60,000 nt of DNA from Schmidtea polychroa (lineage: Eukaryota). The notes beneath the pieces are model-generated. The model was given only the letters and a program-made list of their open reading frames with translations, ran no database searches and was not told the DNA's origin. The translations under genes and the position numbers were made by a program. Of the stretch, positions 1-12,528 are shown one piece after another. The stretch is from NCBI GenBank assembly GCA_044892525.1, contig CM097885.1, forward strand, positions 7,442,001 to 7,502,000, given 5' to 3'. Position 1 is the stretch's first letter, and the number at the start of each line of letters is the position of its first letter.

Positions 1-655
1 CCATTTTCTTTATGAAGTTCTTCCGCAGCTTTTTATTTGATTTCCCTTTATATTTCTCCCTTCTGTTCTGAGTGGAAATCAATGATTTTCATGCTCCTTA
101 TGAGGTCTTGCATTGCCTTGGTGACATTTGATGCGTCCTGAGCTGATCTTAATCTTGGTTTCATAACCTCTGTGAACCTAGGCTTCTGACAGTTCCTAAT
201 ATAAATCAGCATTTCTTATCTCGCCATTATCCCTTTTCCAGTGCTAAAATCATAAATTCGCTATTTGTCTTCTTTTATTTCAGCTAGATTTTCTTGGCAA
301 ATCTCCTTTATGTTTATGGTATCCATGGTAACCAGTGACTCGATTTCATAACCTACAAATTTCTGCAAAAGATTACATTTCTTGATCGACAGACAGCTTT
401 CTATAAGGTTTGACATGTCGGTAAGCTGGATCACTTCCATGGTTTCTCCCACCCTCATCGTGTCACATTTAAACTCCAATTCACTCTCAAACTACCCAAC
501 TCTGAAGGTAACATCTCATCTAAGTTTGGATACACTTTTGCAGTTTTAGCATTGTAGCTTCTTTCTTTGGAACTCCTAAAGTTGAAATTGATCTTACTGG
601 TTAATCTGAACCAGAATTAATAGAGCTTCTCAAGTTAGCAACAAACTCAGACATT
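1..655 (-). pseudogene. Degraded coding segment, possibly LTR-retrotransposon gag
   Basis: Purine-rich minus-strand coding-like sequence (ORF 261..479 plus flanks broken by stops/frameshifts). No diagnostic motif seen, so gag is a guess from context. Confidence 0.25.
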
Positions 656-879
656 ATCTGGATATCGTGGGCAACAATCTTTCAAACAATTTTCACATAT
701 TCTAAAATAACTTTATAGTTTCGAAAATTAGACTTTGGAAATAAGAGAGTATTCAAGAAGAGATGGATTGATGGAATCCTATAGTCTCTCTAATTCCTCC
801 AGATCTCATTTTATTCTCCCATGGTAGCGCTATACAAAAAAGAGTAAAGCAACTTCACAAATTCTTTATTAATTAACAA

Positions 880-1403
880 CTACTGTTACACTGTCGAGGA
901 ATAGACATATTTGTTCTGATAACCTCGATCTGGTATTGTACATCATATTTTTTCGAAGCATCAGTTAAAAGCCTTTGACTTGATTCCTCATATTATAATA
1001 ACTCATCTTCGGGAATAACGGCAAGCATAAATTCCAATTTATAGAGATTCATGTCCAAATTTCCATGCGTCTGTTCCAGTTTTATTATTCAAAGATATAT
1101 AAATTCATCTTTCGATAATGAATCAATCATCCACTTAAAGTCAATAATGTCTGAAACTTCAACTGATTTGAATTTATTCAACTTCATTTGATCAAGATTT
1201 AATTTCCATACGATTACATAATCACATAAATCCACACTTACAAGGAATGAGTTAGTTTCATTGATTAATTTCGTTATTGATTCTGAATGTCCATATAATA
1301 TATCAATCTGTTTGCCATCTTTTAAACTCCATACAATTATAATATCATCCATTCCAACAATGATTGCAACTCTCGATTTATTGTCCCAAACTACATTTTC
1401 CAT
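880..1403 (-). pseudogene. WD40-repeat gene fragment/pseudogene
   Basis: ORF 1089..1403 has WD-like repeats (IIVWSLKDGKQIDILYGHSESITKL...VIVWKL); coding-like sequence continues to ~880 only through frameshifts and stops. Confidence 0.55.
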
Positions 1404-2113
1404 TTCGAAATCAGCACGCCAAACGAATTTTAAATCTTTTTATTTTCAAATTCACAGAAAAACTACAAAATTTAAACAACTTCTCGAAATTCCAAACTTG
1501 ACATAAAAATCCAAAAATTCGAATCAAAAAACCGATAAATCTCCAAAATCACACTGTTCGCGTCTGTGTGTGCATACAAAAAACAACTCCAAATCCAACG
1601 CGCACACAGACGCGAATTAACGCCAGGATTGACCAACTACCTCGTCATATCCGCTAAACTTTCGATACTTCTGCATTTTAGAAATCTCTAATGTCAAACG
1701 ATTGGTCTCTTTTCTATTGGTTTATAAACGCATTTGCCTTAGATGCTACCCAACTGACAAAGGAGATTTATCGAACCTTCCATACTCAACTCAATGAACA
1801 AAGCTCATAAATAGGAAAATTTGGGAAAGTGCATAAAATAACACCTTGCTACAAGATGGGGTTAAAAGCTTTTTACAATGATTTACTTCCGAAACAACAA
1901 TCTTTTTATCATCATCCAGCTTCTATCTAATAAGCCCCTTATGTACGAGCCTTCATAATTTGAGTGATTAATCAATACAGCATACTCATTTGCCGACCCT
2001 TTCTAGTACTCTTATTAGCATAAGGTTGCTTATCCCGTTATATAAATTGCATCTATGGTAATAACTGCTCACCTTTCCCTGACCAACTGGTATAATCTCA
2101 TTCTATATTCCAG

Positions 2114-2276
2114 CGTATCCATGGTAGCCATGTGGACCACCGGAGACATCTTCAAAACCCTTTATTTCATAATGAGAAAAGCACCTGAACAATTTATTAT
2201 TTGTGGCTCGATCCAGGTCTCGTTGGACATAGTTATATTCCTCCAATATCTTTGCTATGACAAGCATAGATTGTAA
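2114..2276 (+). CDS. SLC66A2: Terminal exon of PQ-loop protein (SLC66A2/PQLC1-like); upstream exons not identified in window
   Basis: Acceptor ttccag at 2108-2113; exon reads SVSMVAMWTTGDIFKTLYFIMRKAPEQFIICGSIQVSLDIVIFLQY, matching the recalled PQLC1 C-terminus (MVxMWTxGDxFKTxYF...APxQFxxCGxxQVxxD). AATAAA at 2339-2344. Confidence 0.85.
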
Positions 2277-2398
2277 TTTTGTTTGGATCAGATCGATTTT
2301 GTCATTTGTTTTTTTGATTTTAGGTGCTTTTTATTTAAAATAAATTATGGATTTTTCATTTGATTTTAATATATTGTAATGGTGACTAGGGCTATTGT

Positions 2399-2806
2399 GA
2401 TAGCAATTGATCGATAGTTGTTTATTTATCCATTATTGATAGCAATTGATCAATAATTGTTTATTTATCCATTATTGATAGCAATTGATCAATATTTGTT
2501 TATTTATCCATTATTGATAGCAATTGATCAATATTTGTTTATTTATCCATTATTGATAGCAATTGATCGATAGTTGTTTATTTATCCATTATTGATAGCA
2601 ATTGATCGATAGTTGTTTATTTATCCATTATTGATAGCAATTGATCGATAGTTGTTTATTTATCCATTATTGATAGCAATTGATCAATATTTGTTTATTT
2701 ATCCATTATTGATAGCAATTGATCAATATTTGTTTATTTATCCATTATTGATAGCAATTGATCGATAGTTGTTTATTTATCCATTATTGATAGCAATTGA
2801 TCAATA
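2399..2806. repeat. 39-bp minisatellite, ~10.5 copies
   Basis: Unit gatagcaattgatc(g/a)ata(g/a/t)ttgtttatttatccattatt starting every 39 bp from 2399 to 2789. Confidence 0.97.
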
Positions 2807-3091
2807 ACACAGTTGAACAAAATTTTATGAAAGTCACAGTTATGTGCATTTTTCAAACGTTCTATATGGAATCGAGGTTGCTGAATACAAATTCTAAGTC
2901 TGTTTCTATTTACTGTCAACCGCTCGCATGCAATTGACAGAAAATTACATTAATAATTATGATTAACGGTATAATAGTATTAAGTAACTGAATCATCCCC
3001 ATTCGTAAGCAACTTCCAAAAAGTGAAGTTATAGGTAACAACAGCACATCAGTTGTGATAAGAATTCACTCGCTAATTAGAATGTTAAGTA

Positions 3092-3861
3092 TATTAGGTT
3101 ATGGGTTGGTGATAATATTTGCAAAGTTAAAATTCTTACTCTGACTCTAAGCGTGTCTTTAACTGATCCACAAATAACTTTTGACAACAGAAATCTTTAT
3201 TGATAATCACAAATAATTTTCAGTTTACACTAACAATCAATTCAACACTGCTCGGTGACTATACAATGCTTATTGCAACACTCAGTGAGCAATAGCACTC
3301 GTGTACAACACCGGATTGAAAGATCACTAACTACTGATTGGTTTATCGACTGGGACTTTGAGTTGGTTGTTTTCTTTAACCTTTTTCGACAACTTTATTC
3401 AAATAACTTCCTTTCGCTTATTTCTCAACTTATTCTTTTCTGTTAATCTTCTCCAACAATTATTTTTCCAACAAGGTTTTTCCCGGTAGACTACGGTGCC
3501 ATTTTTTTAAAATCCCAAGTCCTTCAAGTAAATCTTATTGTATGCGTTCAAAGTTTTATGTTTTACTTTTTCCTTTTTATTAAACCGACTTCTCTCGGTA
3601 GTTCCGATATCTCTGACAAGCTGTCAAGATATTCCTTTTTCCTCTTGTTCTGTTTTTGGAATTTAAAATTCCTTTTCTCTTGTACTAATTAATTAATAAT
3701 GAACTTTGTTTTGCTTTCTTGTTAGGTTTCTTTTTTCATTTTCCTCTTTATTTTCGTTTTCTTCTCCGAGTTCGACCTAAATCGTCCTGTTTGTCATGAC
3801 GATTTTCCCCCAGGTAATTTTTTTATTTAATAGATAATTTTCTATTTAGGTATCCTCAACA
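3092..3861 (-). mobile_element. LTR remnant, family A (TGTTGAGGATACCTAA start)
   Basis: Reverse complement aligns with 41630-42530; its start matches tgttgaggatacctaa at 36186 and the variant tgttgagaatacctaa at 22670; family ends ...aacccaaca. No TSD found. Confidence 0.65.
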
Positions 3862-4751
3862 CCTTTAATTGTGTGAAAAATGAAAGATTCCTCTTATGCT
3901 GACTTGACTCACTACTAACCAAACTCCAAACGTAATCGCCCATCATAGATTTATCCTATCGCCCTTGTTAACGTTTCTCCATGACTTGAATATATTGGTG
4001 AAACCTCTCACCATGCTCTTCTGATACTGCTCCCAAATTTGACCTGAAGAAATCCAGGTGGGAGTGCAAAAAGTGCAGCTTGATTGACATTCGACATCCA
4101 AAAGTGTGAAATGTTGTCACCAAATTATCCACTAGTTCTTTGTAGTCTTAAAAAAATCAAATTTTATTTTAAGACATTCAACTAACCATATGGTCTAAGG
4201 GGGAGAATTTCTCACCCTTCAGTTTTCTGTAGCTTTTAAATCTTTTTTCTTCAGAACGCTAGGCATTGCTCTTTGCGTTAACTTCGTGACTTTATATTTT
4301 CAATCATTTTGGCTTATACAAATAAAAAATGGCGAAGCCATGGCCTTCATGATTGTAATTGGTTGGAATGTTATTTGCGAGTTGATCCATCAAGTAGGAG
4401 AGTTTTATCAGGATAATTTCTAAAAGAATATAATTGTTTGGAGTAGAAAGACTCCTTTTAGCGATAGGTATAGCGAGTTAATGCACACATAGTATAATAT
4501 GTGATAGAAAGAAGGAATATATTTTTATAATATATATATACGAACAACTAAAAGATACTGTTGAATAGGCAGGATTCCTACAAGAATCCCTACATTGACC
4601 TATTCAACAATATATACCTCCCAATTTCTTTTTACAATATTTTATAGATGGTTATAATATTAAATAAAGATATTTAGTAGTCTACGTGTTTTAGGTCTAA
4701 TTGAACGGATATTTTTATTTGTATATACGTTCGTTTTTCTAGTATTATCCT

Positions 4752-6510
4752 GGGTCTGGTAAGTTGGCCCGACAATGACAACCCCGACAACATTATATCT
4801 CGACATATTAAAATATCCATGTATTTTTGTGGATTTAAATATTTTATATTTACTGACACGTGTTTGTGGTTATATTTTATATTTTGCTAAAAACAAGTCC
4901 CTTTATATTGATTATATCAACATAATAAAGTTAACATGAACAAAAGTAAAATAGTATTATTTTAAAATTTAATATTATAAGATATGCCACGAAGGAAGTT
5001 TATGGTTGACCTATTGTCACGATCAGCAAGAATTGTTGTTAATGCTTTTTCCTTTCTTTGATATTCTTTTCGAGGTGGAGTCTTTGGTTTTCCAGCTACA
5101 ACGTCTTCAATTCTCTTCATTGTCTGTTGTTGCTCCTTGTGTAAGTCGTTAATGATGTTGTAGACGCCAACATGCTGCCTGCCTATTACCGATTCAATTC
5201 GACGATGCCATGCTTCGGCGTTATTCTGGGTGCGTGGAAGGCCAAATTGTGTTTGTTCGAGCACTGACCACAGACGAGGAGGAAAGATTGGCGCATTGTA
5301 CTGTAAATTACCATCTCGAACACGGCGACGAATTTTTCCATTCACGTAATATTCATCAAACCAATTAATTAGCTCTTTGCACTCAGGAGGAAAAAGTGGC
5401 TTGATGACGTCAAAGCCAGCAGGAATTTCATCAGACGGAAGAAAAGCCAGAGCAGCTAGATGACGAATAATGAGGCTGAATTCTGAGTTTTCATTGTACT
5501 GGTTTGTAAGACCATATCCTTGAACACAACGCCAGATTGACTGGCCCAGATGAAACAAGCAACCCTTTTGAACTACCTCTGGAAATACACGAGACACAGC
5601 GTTGATGGCAGCAAGTTCAAAAACGGTAATCACTAAATTTTGTTGAAGGTCAATCCCGTTTTCTTGAGCAAAATCGCAAAGGCCTTCCAGCATTTTTATG
5701 TAACACTCTTCAGACTTGCTTGTCATCAGAGCATAAGACAATGGTACAATTCGTGCATTGTTGCCGGTGCCAACTTTGACATGAATTGTGTAGAGCTGCT
5801 TCAATAATGTAGGCACCACTTTAAATGTACTGTCCATTATCCAAAAATCAGAAGATGCCAAGTAACGTATATTTGTGGGAGTTGTAAAAATGAGTACTTG
5901 CTCATTGTCAAGTTCATCGATATCTTGTGCAAGAAAAGTTTCGTTATCTTCACCTACGGTGCGTAAATTAATTGGCACATCAGTGTCTTTAAGACGAACT
6001 GACTGAGCTGGCATGTTATTGAGACGGATTCTCTTAATTTTTTGGCTCATTGCATTGTTACTTGGAAGGGAAGACTAACTAGCTCCGGGAACGCTGATAA
6101 TTGTCTCCTGTATAATTTGGGCTGGATTCTTTCTGGTGTCACGCGCCATATGTTTTAGAGTAGCCGTTGCTTTTGCGTCATCATTTTCGGCTGCATCAGC
6201 GGCATGGTTATGTTCTGTGACACGACGCAAAATATGTTGGCTATTGATGAATATAGTGCAAGCTCTGCCATTGCAAAAACCAGATTTTCTTTTGTCGCAG
6301 CACCAGTAAAATAGTTCTTCTCGATTTTTGTCTTTGCACATTAAATAGCCTCCAATAACATTTTATCTATATACATATCAATATCACACATATCAATAAA
6401 TATAAAATATTTAAAATTTTAGTTTTATTAAAACTATATTTTAATATGTCGGGATTTTGTCATGTCTGGAATATAATGCTGTCGGGATTTTGGTCTCGGG
6501 ATTTTGATTC
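4752..6510 (-). mobile_element. MULE (Mutator-like) DNA transposon with FLYWCH + MULE transposase, inactivated
   Basis: Imperfect TIRs (cgacatattaaaatat at 4801 / atattttaatatgtcg at ~6437) with cccgac/gtcggg subterminal repeats enclosing ORFs 6075..6341 and 4962..6050. No TSD found. Confidence 0.88.
4962..6341 (-). pseudogene. FLYWCH-MULE transposase with one in-frame stop
   Basis: FLYWCH (FYWCC...C...HNH), then in the same frame after TAG at 6075-6077: DSTFK, QLYTIH, GCLFHLGQ, RTQNNAEAWH. The usual TDFE motif reads TVFE. Confidence 0.9.
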
Positions 6511-6511
6511 A

Positions 6512-7515
6512 AACGACATATTAATAATGGAGACGTTATTATTAGTCGGGGTTATTATTTTCTGATTTAGTGGTTTGGACTGAGGTGTGGGGGATATTGG
6601 TCGGTCTTTCGCGTTACATTGACTTTTCCTAAAATCTTCAAACGACATGGTTAGCGTGACTGGCAATTGGAGTTTATTTGAAGTCGGTACTAGGGGAGTA
6701 TTAGTAGTGGAGACGTTATTAGTAATCGGAGGTATTATTATCTGGTTTGGTGGTTTAGTTACAGGTATAGAAGATACTGGTCGATCTTTATTATATACAC
6801 TTTTCCTGAAATCATCAAAAGTGATGTTCAGCGTGGCTAGCATATGGGAATCATTAGGTGGTTTTGTAATTGGTTATAAGACTATTAGATTTCACTACAG
6901 GGGTTACTATAGGACTAAGACTTTTGCTATTAGATTTAGTTTGCAGTGTTAATGGTAGGTTAGTATTTATAGGGCTACATTTTTGATAACGGCGGTTTCT
7001 TCGATGGTATTCGTAAATGGAGTATTATCAAGATTGGTAATTGAATTAATATTATTAGTGGTGATAGTATTAGAATTATCTGTTACTACATTATGGCATG
7101 ACGGATTCATAAGAGGTATTAAATATGGAGAGGAAGAAACGCCACGATTGAAACAAGTTAAAACTGAATCGGATATAAGAAAAAGATATAGAATTAAAAT
7201 AAATAAATAGGTCCAACATTATCTGTATAAAATCAAAAGCCAACCAAGAGAAACCGAAATAAACAATAAAAATGAGAAAAGCAGAACAATTAAAAATAAA
7301 ATCATTAGAAATAGGACCAATTATAGGAAAATAAGATAATAAGTACGAACCATGGACCAAAGAGGTAAATGATTTAATAAAATGAGATTTAAGAAAATAA
7401 AATTCGAAAAACGCAAAAAAGAACCAAACCAAACATAAAATAAACAAAGTATCAACAAAAAGCACAAAAGGATTAAATAAAAATGAATTATTACACCAAG
7501 GAAGGATAATGAGAA
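6512..7515 (-). pseudogene. Degraded ORF: hydrophobic multi-TM N-terminus plus Thr/Asn/Pro-rich region with ~60-aa internal repeats
   Basis: ORFs 7091..7465 and 6460..6843 are joined by frameshifted T/N-rich sequence; repeat unit TL.(I/M)(T/S)F(D/E)DFRKS...KDRP...N(N)VS has a ~180-bp period. Confidence 0.5.
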
Positions 7516-7539
7516 TCTACAAAAATTATACTAAAATAG

Positions 7540-8232
7540 GAAAATTAATGAAAATAATAAAACGCTTGATTTTCCCATTCCTTATATACTCTTCGAAATC
7601 GGGATGACAAATTGTTAATGCCGAGCCAATCTCTCACTTGACATTTGACTCCACGTATCTGCTTCGGCTGTCACCCATAATGGTCCAACGAACAAAGATA
7701 ATTAATGCACCGTCCGGCCTTTCTGCACGCACTATCTTCTCCTTGTTCTTTTTCAATTAATCATTGTGTCCCGCTAATGGACCCAAATCTTCTTTCTATT
7801 TACTTTTCTCTTTGTTTGCCCAGCTCGGCTTTCCTTCATCTCTCGGGTTCTCCATTAGCTCAGGTTTCCCATTAGCTCGAGTTTCCTATTAGCCAATTAA
7901 TTAATTAAAAAGTTTTCTGTTTTAACACATTTGAATGCTTTTCGACCCTTTCTAACCATTTTCTGATAAATCCCTAATCATCATCTTGTTGACCATTAGC
8001 TAATCTATACCTGTCCCGTTTTCCCACTTCGATTTCGATGATTTTACAATTTATTGATTTTTCTCGGATTTCCGGATTCTTGCCTTTCGCAACTGCTTTT
8101 GCCATTTCTTAATACTGCTTCCATCACACTTTCCTTTACTATCAATTCTGTGCATGATCCCGCTTTTATTTGTCTTTTTTCTTCGCTTACCTAAATTTCA
8201 TTTAAATTTATTTTAATTTACAGACCTCAACA
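7540..8232 (-). mobile_element. LTR remnant, family B
   Basis: Ends cctcaaca (TGTTGAGG on minus strand); shares the tandem ctcgggttt...attagc repeats with 51370-51440. Confidence 0.5.
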
Positions 8233-9074
8233 ATACAAATAAGATGATTTGAAATCATTGATTTCCAGATATAATTAATAACATTAAAAAAAACAGGAAG
8301 TCTCTTTATATTAAATTTTTTTGTCTTAGATTTTTCCAACATTGTTTGAGCGCATCTATTAAAATGTGTTTAAATTAATCGAAAAATAGAATGGTTTGGG
8401 AAATTAAGGGGGAGGGCAAGTGCCCCCCCCACTTTGCGGACGCCCATGCATTAAATCCTATACTCAAACATAAAATTAAAAATAAAACAACATTAGGTTT
8501 GAAAGTCGGTTGAGAGCCTATCTATTTCAGCCCAACATTTATGTATTAAGAAAATGCATAAATTATTATTTTTAGAAATGGATAATTTTTTATTTCACTA
8601 AAAAATTTATCATGAAATAGCGACATGTTGGATAAAGAAATTGAAATGTCATAGTGGTAGAAATGATTGCGTCGATAGATATGAAGTTTGTGTCAAGCAG
8701 TGGTCCCATATCTTTATCCTAAAGCCAAGGACTAAGCAAGCCCAGAGTGTACTCAACTTTGTTTACGACTTTCACCCAAATTGCGCAACAATCCCAATGT
8801 GACTTGGTTGAGAGCGTTTTGAATAACGTAACCATGGCAATAGCTTCACCGCTGAACCCGACAGTATTAACAATTCCTCATAATATAAAAATAATGAATT
8901 TGAGAAAGCTTCAATCCTCGATAAACTATTGGAGAATTGCGCTGATTGGTCCAAATTTGAGCCGAGCGTTGACCCCAATAAAAGCACCCAAAATAATCAT
9001 TATTGATTAATAATTGAACAAAGATTTATTAACAGATATAAATGACACAAAATATATTCTAATAAGCTCAAATA

Positions 9075-9963
9075 TTATTCATTTAATACAAAATAATTCT
9101 CATTGATTGTTGAATAAATGCTGCCTTCGCTCTCCATGAAATGCAATTTTCGCATGATTTCATCAGCGTTGAAATTTGGCAGCGCGCTCTTGATAAAATC
9201 CACAGAGATTCCTTGAGTTCCATTCGATCGGTTCATTTTGAATACTTTCACTATTTTCTCACTCAGGTCGTCCGATGGCGCCTTTGTCGGATTTTCGGAA
9301 ACAATTTCATTCGATTGAGCAATTGCTTTATGGGAATGAATAACGCTGAGGATGTGCAGAGTTACTTCATTGAAACTCTTTATCGGTAATATTTTGATAG
9401 AATTGAGAAAATTAGTTTCATTGCTTCTTTTAACTTGTCCAATAAATTTCGCATATTTATTTAAAACGAACTGATCATTGTTCTATGTATATATTAGTTT
9501 AAATTATGTAAATATTTATGATGTATACTGTTTGTTCGTTAAATTGATTGACAATAATAGTAGATCCAGAACCATCACTGATTGTAAACTGTCGAAAGCT
9601 TCCTTTATCTTCGGCAGATCTAATAATACCAACAATGGAAACCTAAATCAATTGAAGGAATAAAGAAATTTGAATGTCTTAAATTGCACTAACCAAATTT
9701 AATTCGACTTTATTCATACTAACCAACGAATCACCGATTAGATTAGCTGAAACTAACTCATGAATTGTGCAAGGAATTAAGCAGCTTTTTTTCGTTGTAA
9801 GTTTCTTAAACAATAATTATAATTAATACAGTTTAAAAAACCTTTTTACTTTAGTAGATTGAGGAATAAAGCCTCCACTAGTTTTTGAAGTGTTTAAATC
9901 TAAATTGAAATGGAATATTAAATAAATAGTTAAAAGAAAATCTTAACCTGAAGGCGCCCACAT
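9075..9963 (-). CDS. RPA2: Replication protein A 32-kDa subunit (RPA2), 5 exons, 232 aa
   Basis: Exons 9963-9948, 9899-9850, 9804-9694, 9642-9529, 9482-9075 with GT-AG introns of 48, 45, 51 and 46 bp, all in phase. Protein MWAPS...LIPCTIHEL...VSIVGIIRSAE...SFNEVTLHILSVIHSH...EGSIYSTINENYF matches the RPA2 OB-fold plus C-terminal winged helix. Absent from the ORF track. Confidence 0.95.
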
Positions 9964-11808
9964 TTTTAATAAATATTAAAACAAACGAAAAAATGTTTAA
10001 TTTAAAGAAACCTTGTATTCTAATTTTCCAATTTAATTAAAAATTTAATTAAATATAATATTAATTTTTACGAAATTATTAAATTAATATTTAAAAATTA
10101 AATAAAATATTATTATTCAATAATGAATCATTTTCATTTGGATTAAAATAATAAATTTGGAATCTAGTAATACAAAATATATACATTTAATTATATATTC
10201 TAAGTACAAGAGTATTTAGAGAAACAGATGACTTTATAATATTTTTTATGCAATTTAAACTAATTTATTCCCATTATGCTGAAACACCCAAATTTTGTAC
10301 TTGTTTGAATATAATGGTAACTTGAAAAGAAACCTCAAGAAGTGAACTTAAAATAAATTTACAATACAAAATTACATCATTTTTTATGAAATTTGTAGGC
10401 TTTGCTAAAGCTACCAAGTTGGCTTGTTTCTTAAGCTTTAATAATTCTGTCATCGTAGCAATTAAATCTAACATAATTATTAGATAGGGAACAGGCTCGG
10501 TCATGGTTAACTTTCCCCTCAGGATTATCTTTCGATCCATTAGTACTTAAAACAAAAATAGGAAACGGATAATTATATTTAAAAAAAGAAATTTAAGTAA
10601 AATAAAATAAAAGTATTATTGTGACTAACATTATAATTCAAATAATAATATAGAACAATAAAATTAACATAATAATGGTAGATTACAGATAACTAAACTA
10701 GAGTACTAACTAATCCAGCGTAACATAGAATACAACGTTACTCTATCACTCAATACCCGTTTTAATAATCAACGTTGAAATTATATGGAATGAGTGAATA
10801 CTCACGAAAAGTGAGCGTACTTTTTCACTATAATCTGCAAATAATTTTATGGGCTTGCGGATTATTGTTAAAAAGCATATATCCGACTCAATTTGAAGTT
10901 CCATATTTATTAGTTGTTTTCCTCATTATTAATTATTAACAAAATTTTATTCTAATTCTATAACACACAACCAGTTTGGCTGATATTCCGCACACTGCGC
11001 GCACGTACACATACCTCTTTCCTAGTTTTACCACCGCGTCCATGATGATTGCATGAGCATTTCGCATCTCCTGCAGCAGTGTTTGGACTTGTTGATTTAC
11101 TGAAAATTTAGGTGATTTAATTAAATTACGTGCTCAATGCTTTATTGATAACTATATATCATTTATATATTAAAAACATTTGTGCGAAAAATGAAATTCG
11201 GTCTTCGCTTTCTATAAACATAACCGAAGACAAATATATTTATTTAAACTACACAAATCCAGCATTTCGACCAGATTTAATGCTTGCTTAGAGGAGCTCA
11301 AAACTCGTGTTTCTTTCAGCACGTGACACCTGACTCGCTCTCGTTTTCTTTACTTACTGTGCTTTACTGCTTAACCTGGCGGGGTTCTTAATTCGTGCAC
11401 ACGGTCCCTCCGTCCTTAATCGGAAAATATTTATGTCGCAATCAGTGGCTCAATCTGCTTCGCTTTGTGATCATCCACCGTTCGCCGGTTTATCCGGGCT
11501 TCCATTTGTCACATCGTGATCTCCAATGCGCTGAGCTACCCTGGTACAGGGAACTCTGTATCAGCAGATATTGGATCTGCTGTATGCGTTTTTCATATCT
11601 TCCGGACGAAACCAGGAGTGTTCCATCTCCCTGCACTGGCCAATTTAAGTTTTTAGACTCGAGATTGCAGCGTTACTGCTCGCTCACTTATTCTTCAATA
11701 GTTGGAACACTAAAACAAATATTCATAATAATCAAGAAAATGTAGATTCAAATTTGAAAACCTACCCTTGAACATTTCCCTCTTTATTTTATCCGGTTGA
11801 CTTATGGC

Positions 11809-12528
11809 CAGTGGCGTAGCAATAGGTTGTGCAGGTTGTGCACGGCACAAGGGTCCAGGACGAAAAATTAGTAAAATTTATACGTTCGAGCATTATAAAT
11901 TCCCCGATTGTCATCAAACCAAGCATCGCTTTGGCGTTTGTTTTGTTTTTATTAAGACAGCAACCACAGTTTGGACGGTTTATACATTTAATATTATAAG
12001 GAATCTATATTGGATATAGTTGTAAACCACATATGTCACACCCATTCATCTATTAAATTATTTGCTTTACTTGACGTTGGTTTTTTTTTATGTGATGAGG
12101 ACTTATTTATTAATAAAACGTCAAATCCAATTTACTTGCCTACTCGATTCAAAATGGCGGTATAACGACATCATGGCAGAGGTCATAGAGTTTTGTTGAT
12201 ATTTACTATGCGGTAAAAAGGATAAAAATAATATTACTAATTGTATATCAATTTACAATAATTGTATAATTAGTTGGATATTATATAATTGCATTAGCTG
12301 CACACCCTTAACTATGTCTAGGTCATATTTAAGTGGGGCTGCTAAGCGACGAGCACGTGAGGAACGAGAACAGAAGGCCGCTAAAATGCGCAAATTTACT
12401 CAGAGAGTTGCTAATCACCTTCCCCCAAGCCTGCCTATGGTTTGGTTCCTCGGATCACTTCGTTCGACAAATATTTTGTGCGTCCCAAAATCTGCACAAG
12501 GGCCCCAGTAATCCTTGGTACGCCACTG
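11809..12528 (+). mobile_element. Internally deleted hAT (Tip100-type) element
   Basis: TIR CAGTGGCGTA...TACGCCACTG; perfect 8-bp TSD cttatggc (11801-11808, 12529-12536); retains transposase N-terminus MSRSYLSGAAKRR. Confidence 0.92.

Noticed and set aside
2399..2806. 39-bp array as a CRISPR array
   Set aside because: No unique spacers; units are contiguous and nearly identical; no cas genes; eukaryotic context.
7091..7465. Hydrophobic T-rich ORF as a mitochondrial insertion
   Set aside because: No recognisable respiratory-chain motifs; it continues into a repeat-rich region unlike any mitochondrial gene.
9140..9175. CTGATGA...GAAA on minus strand as a hammerhead
   Set aside because: No helix II and it lies inside the RPA2 coding exon.
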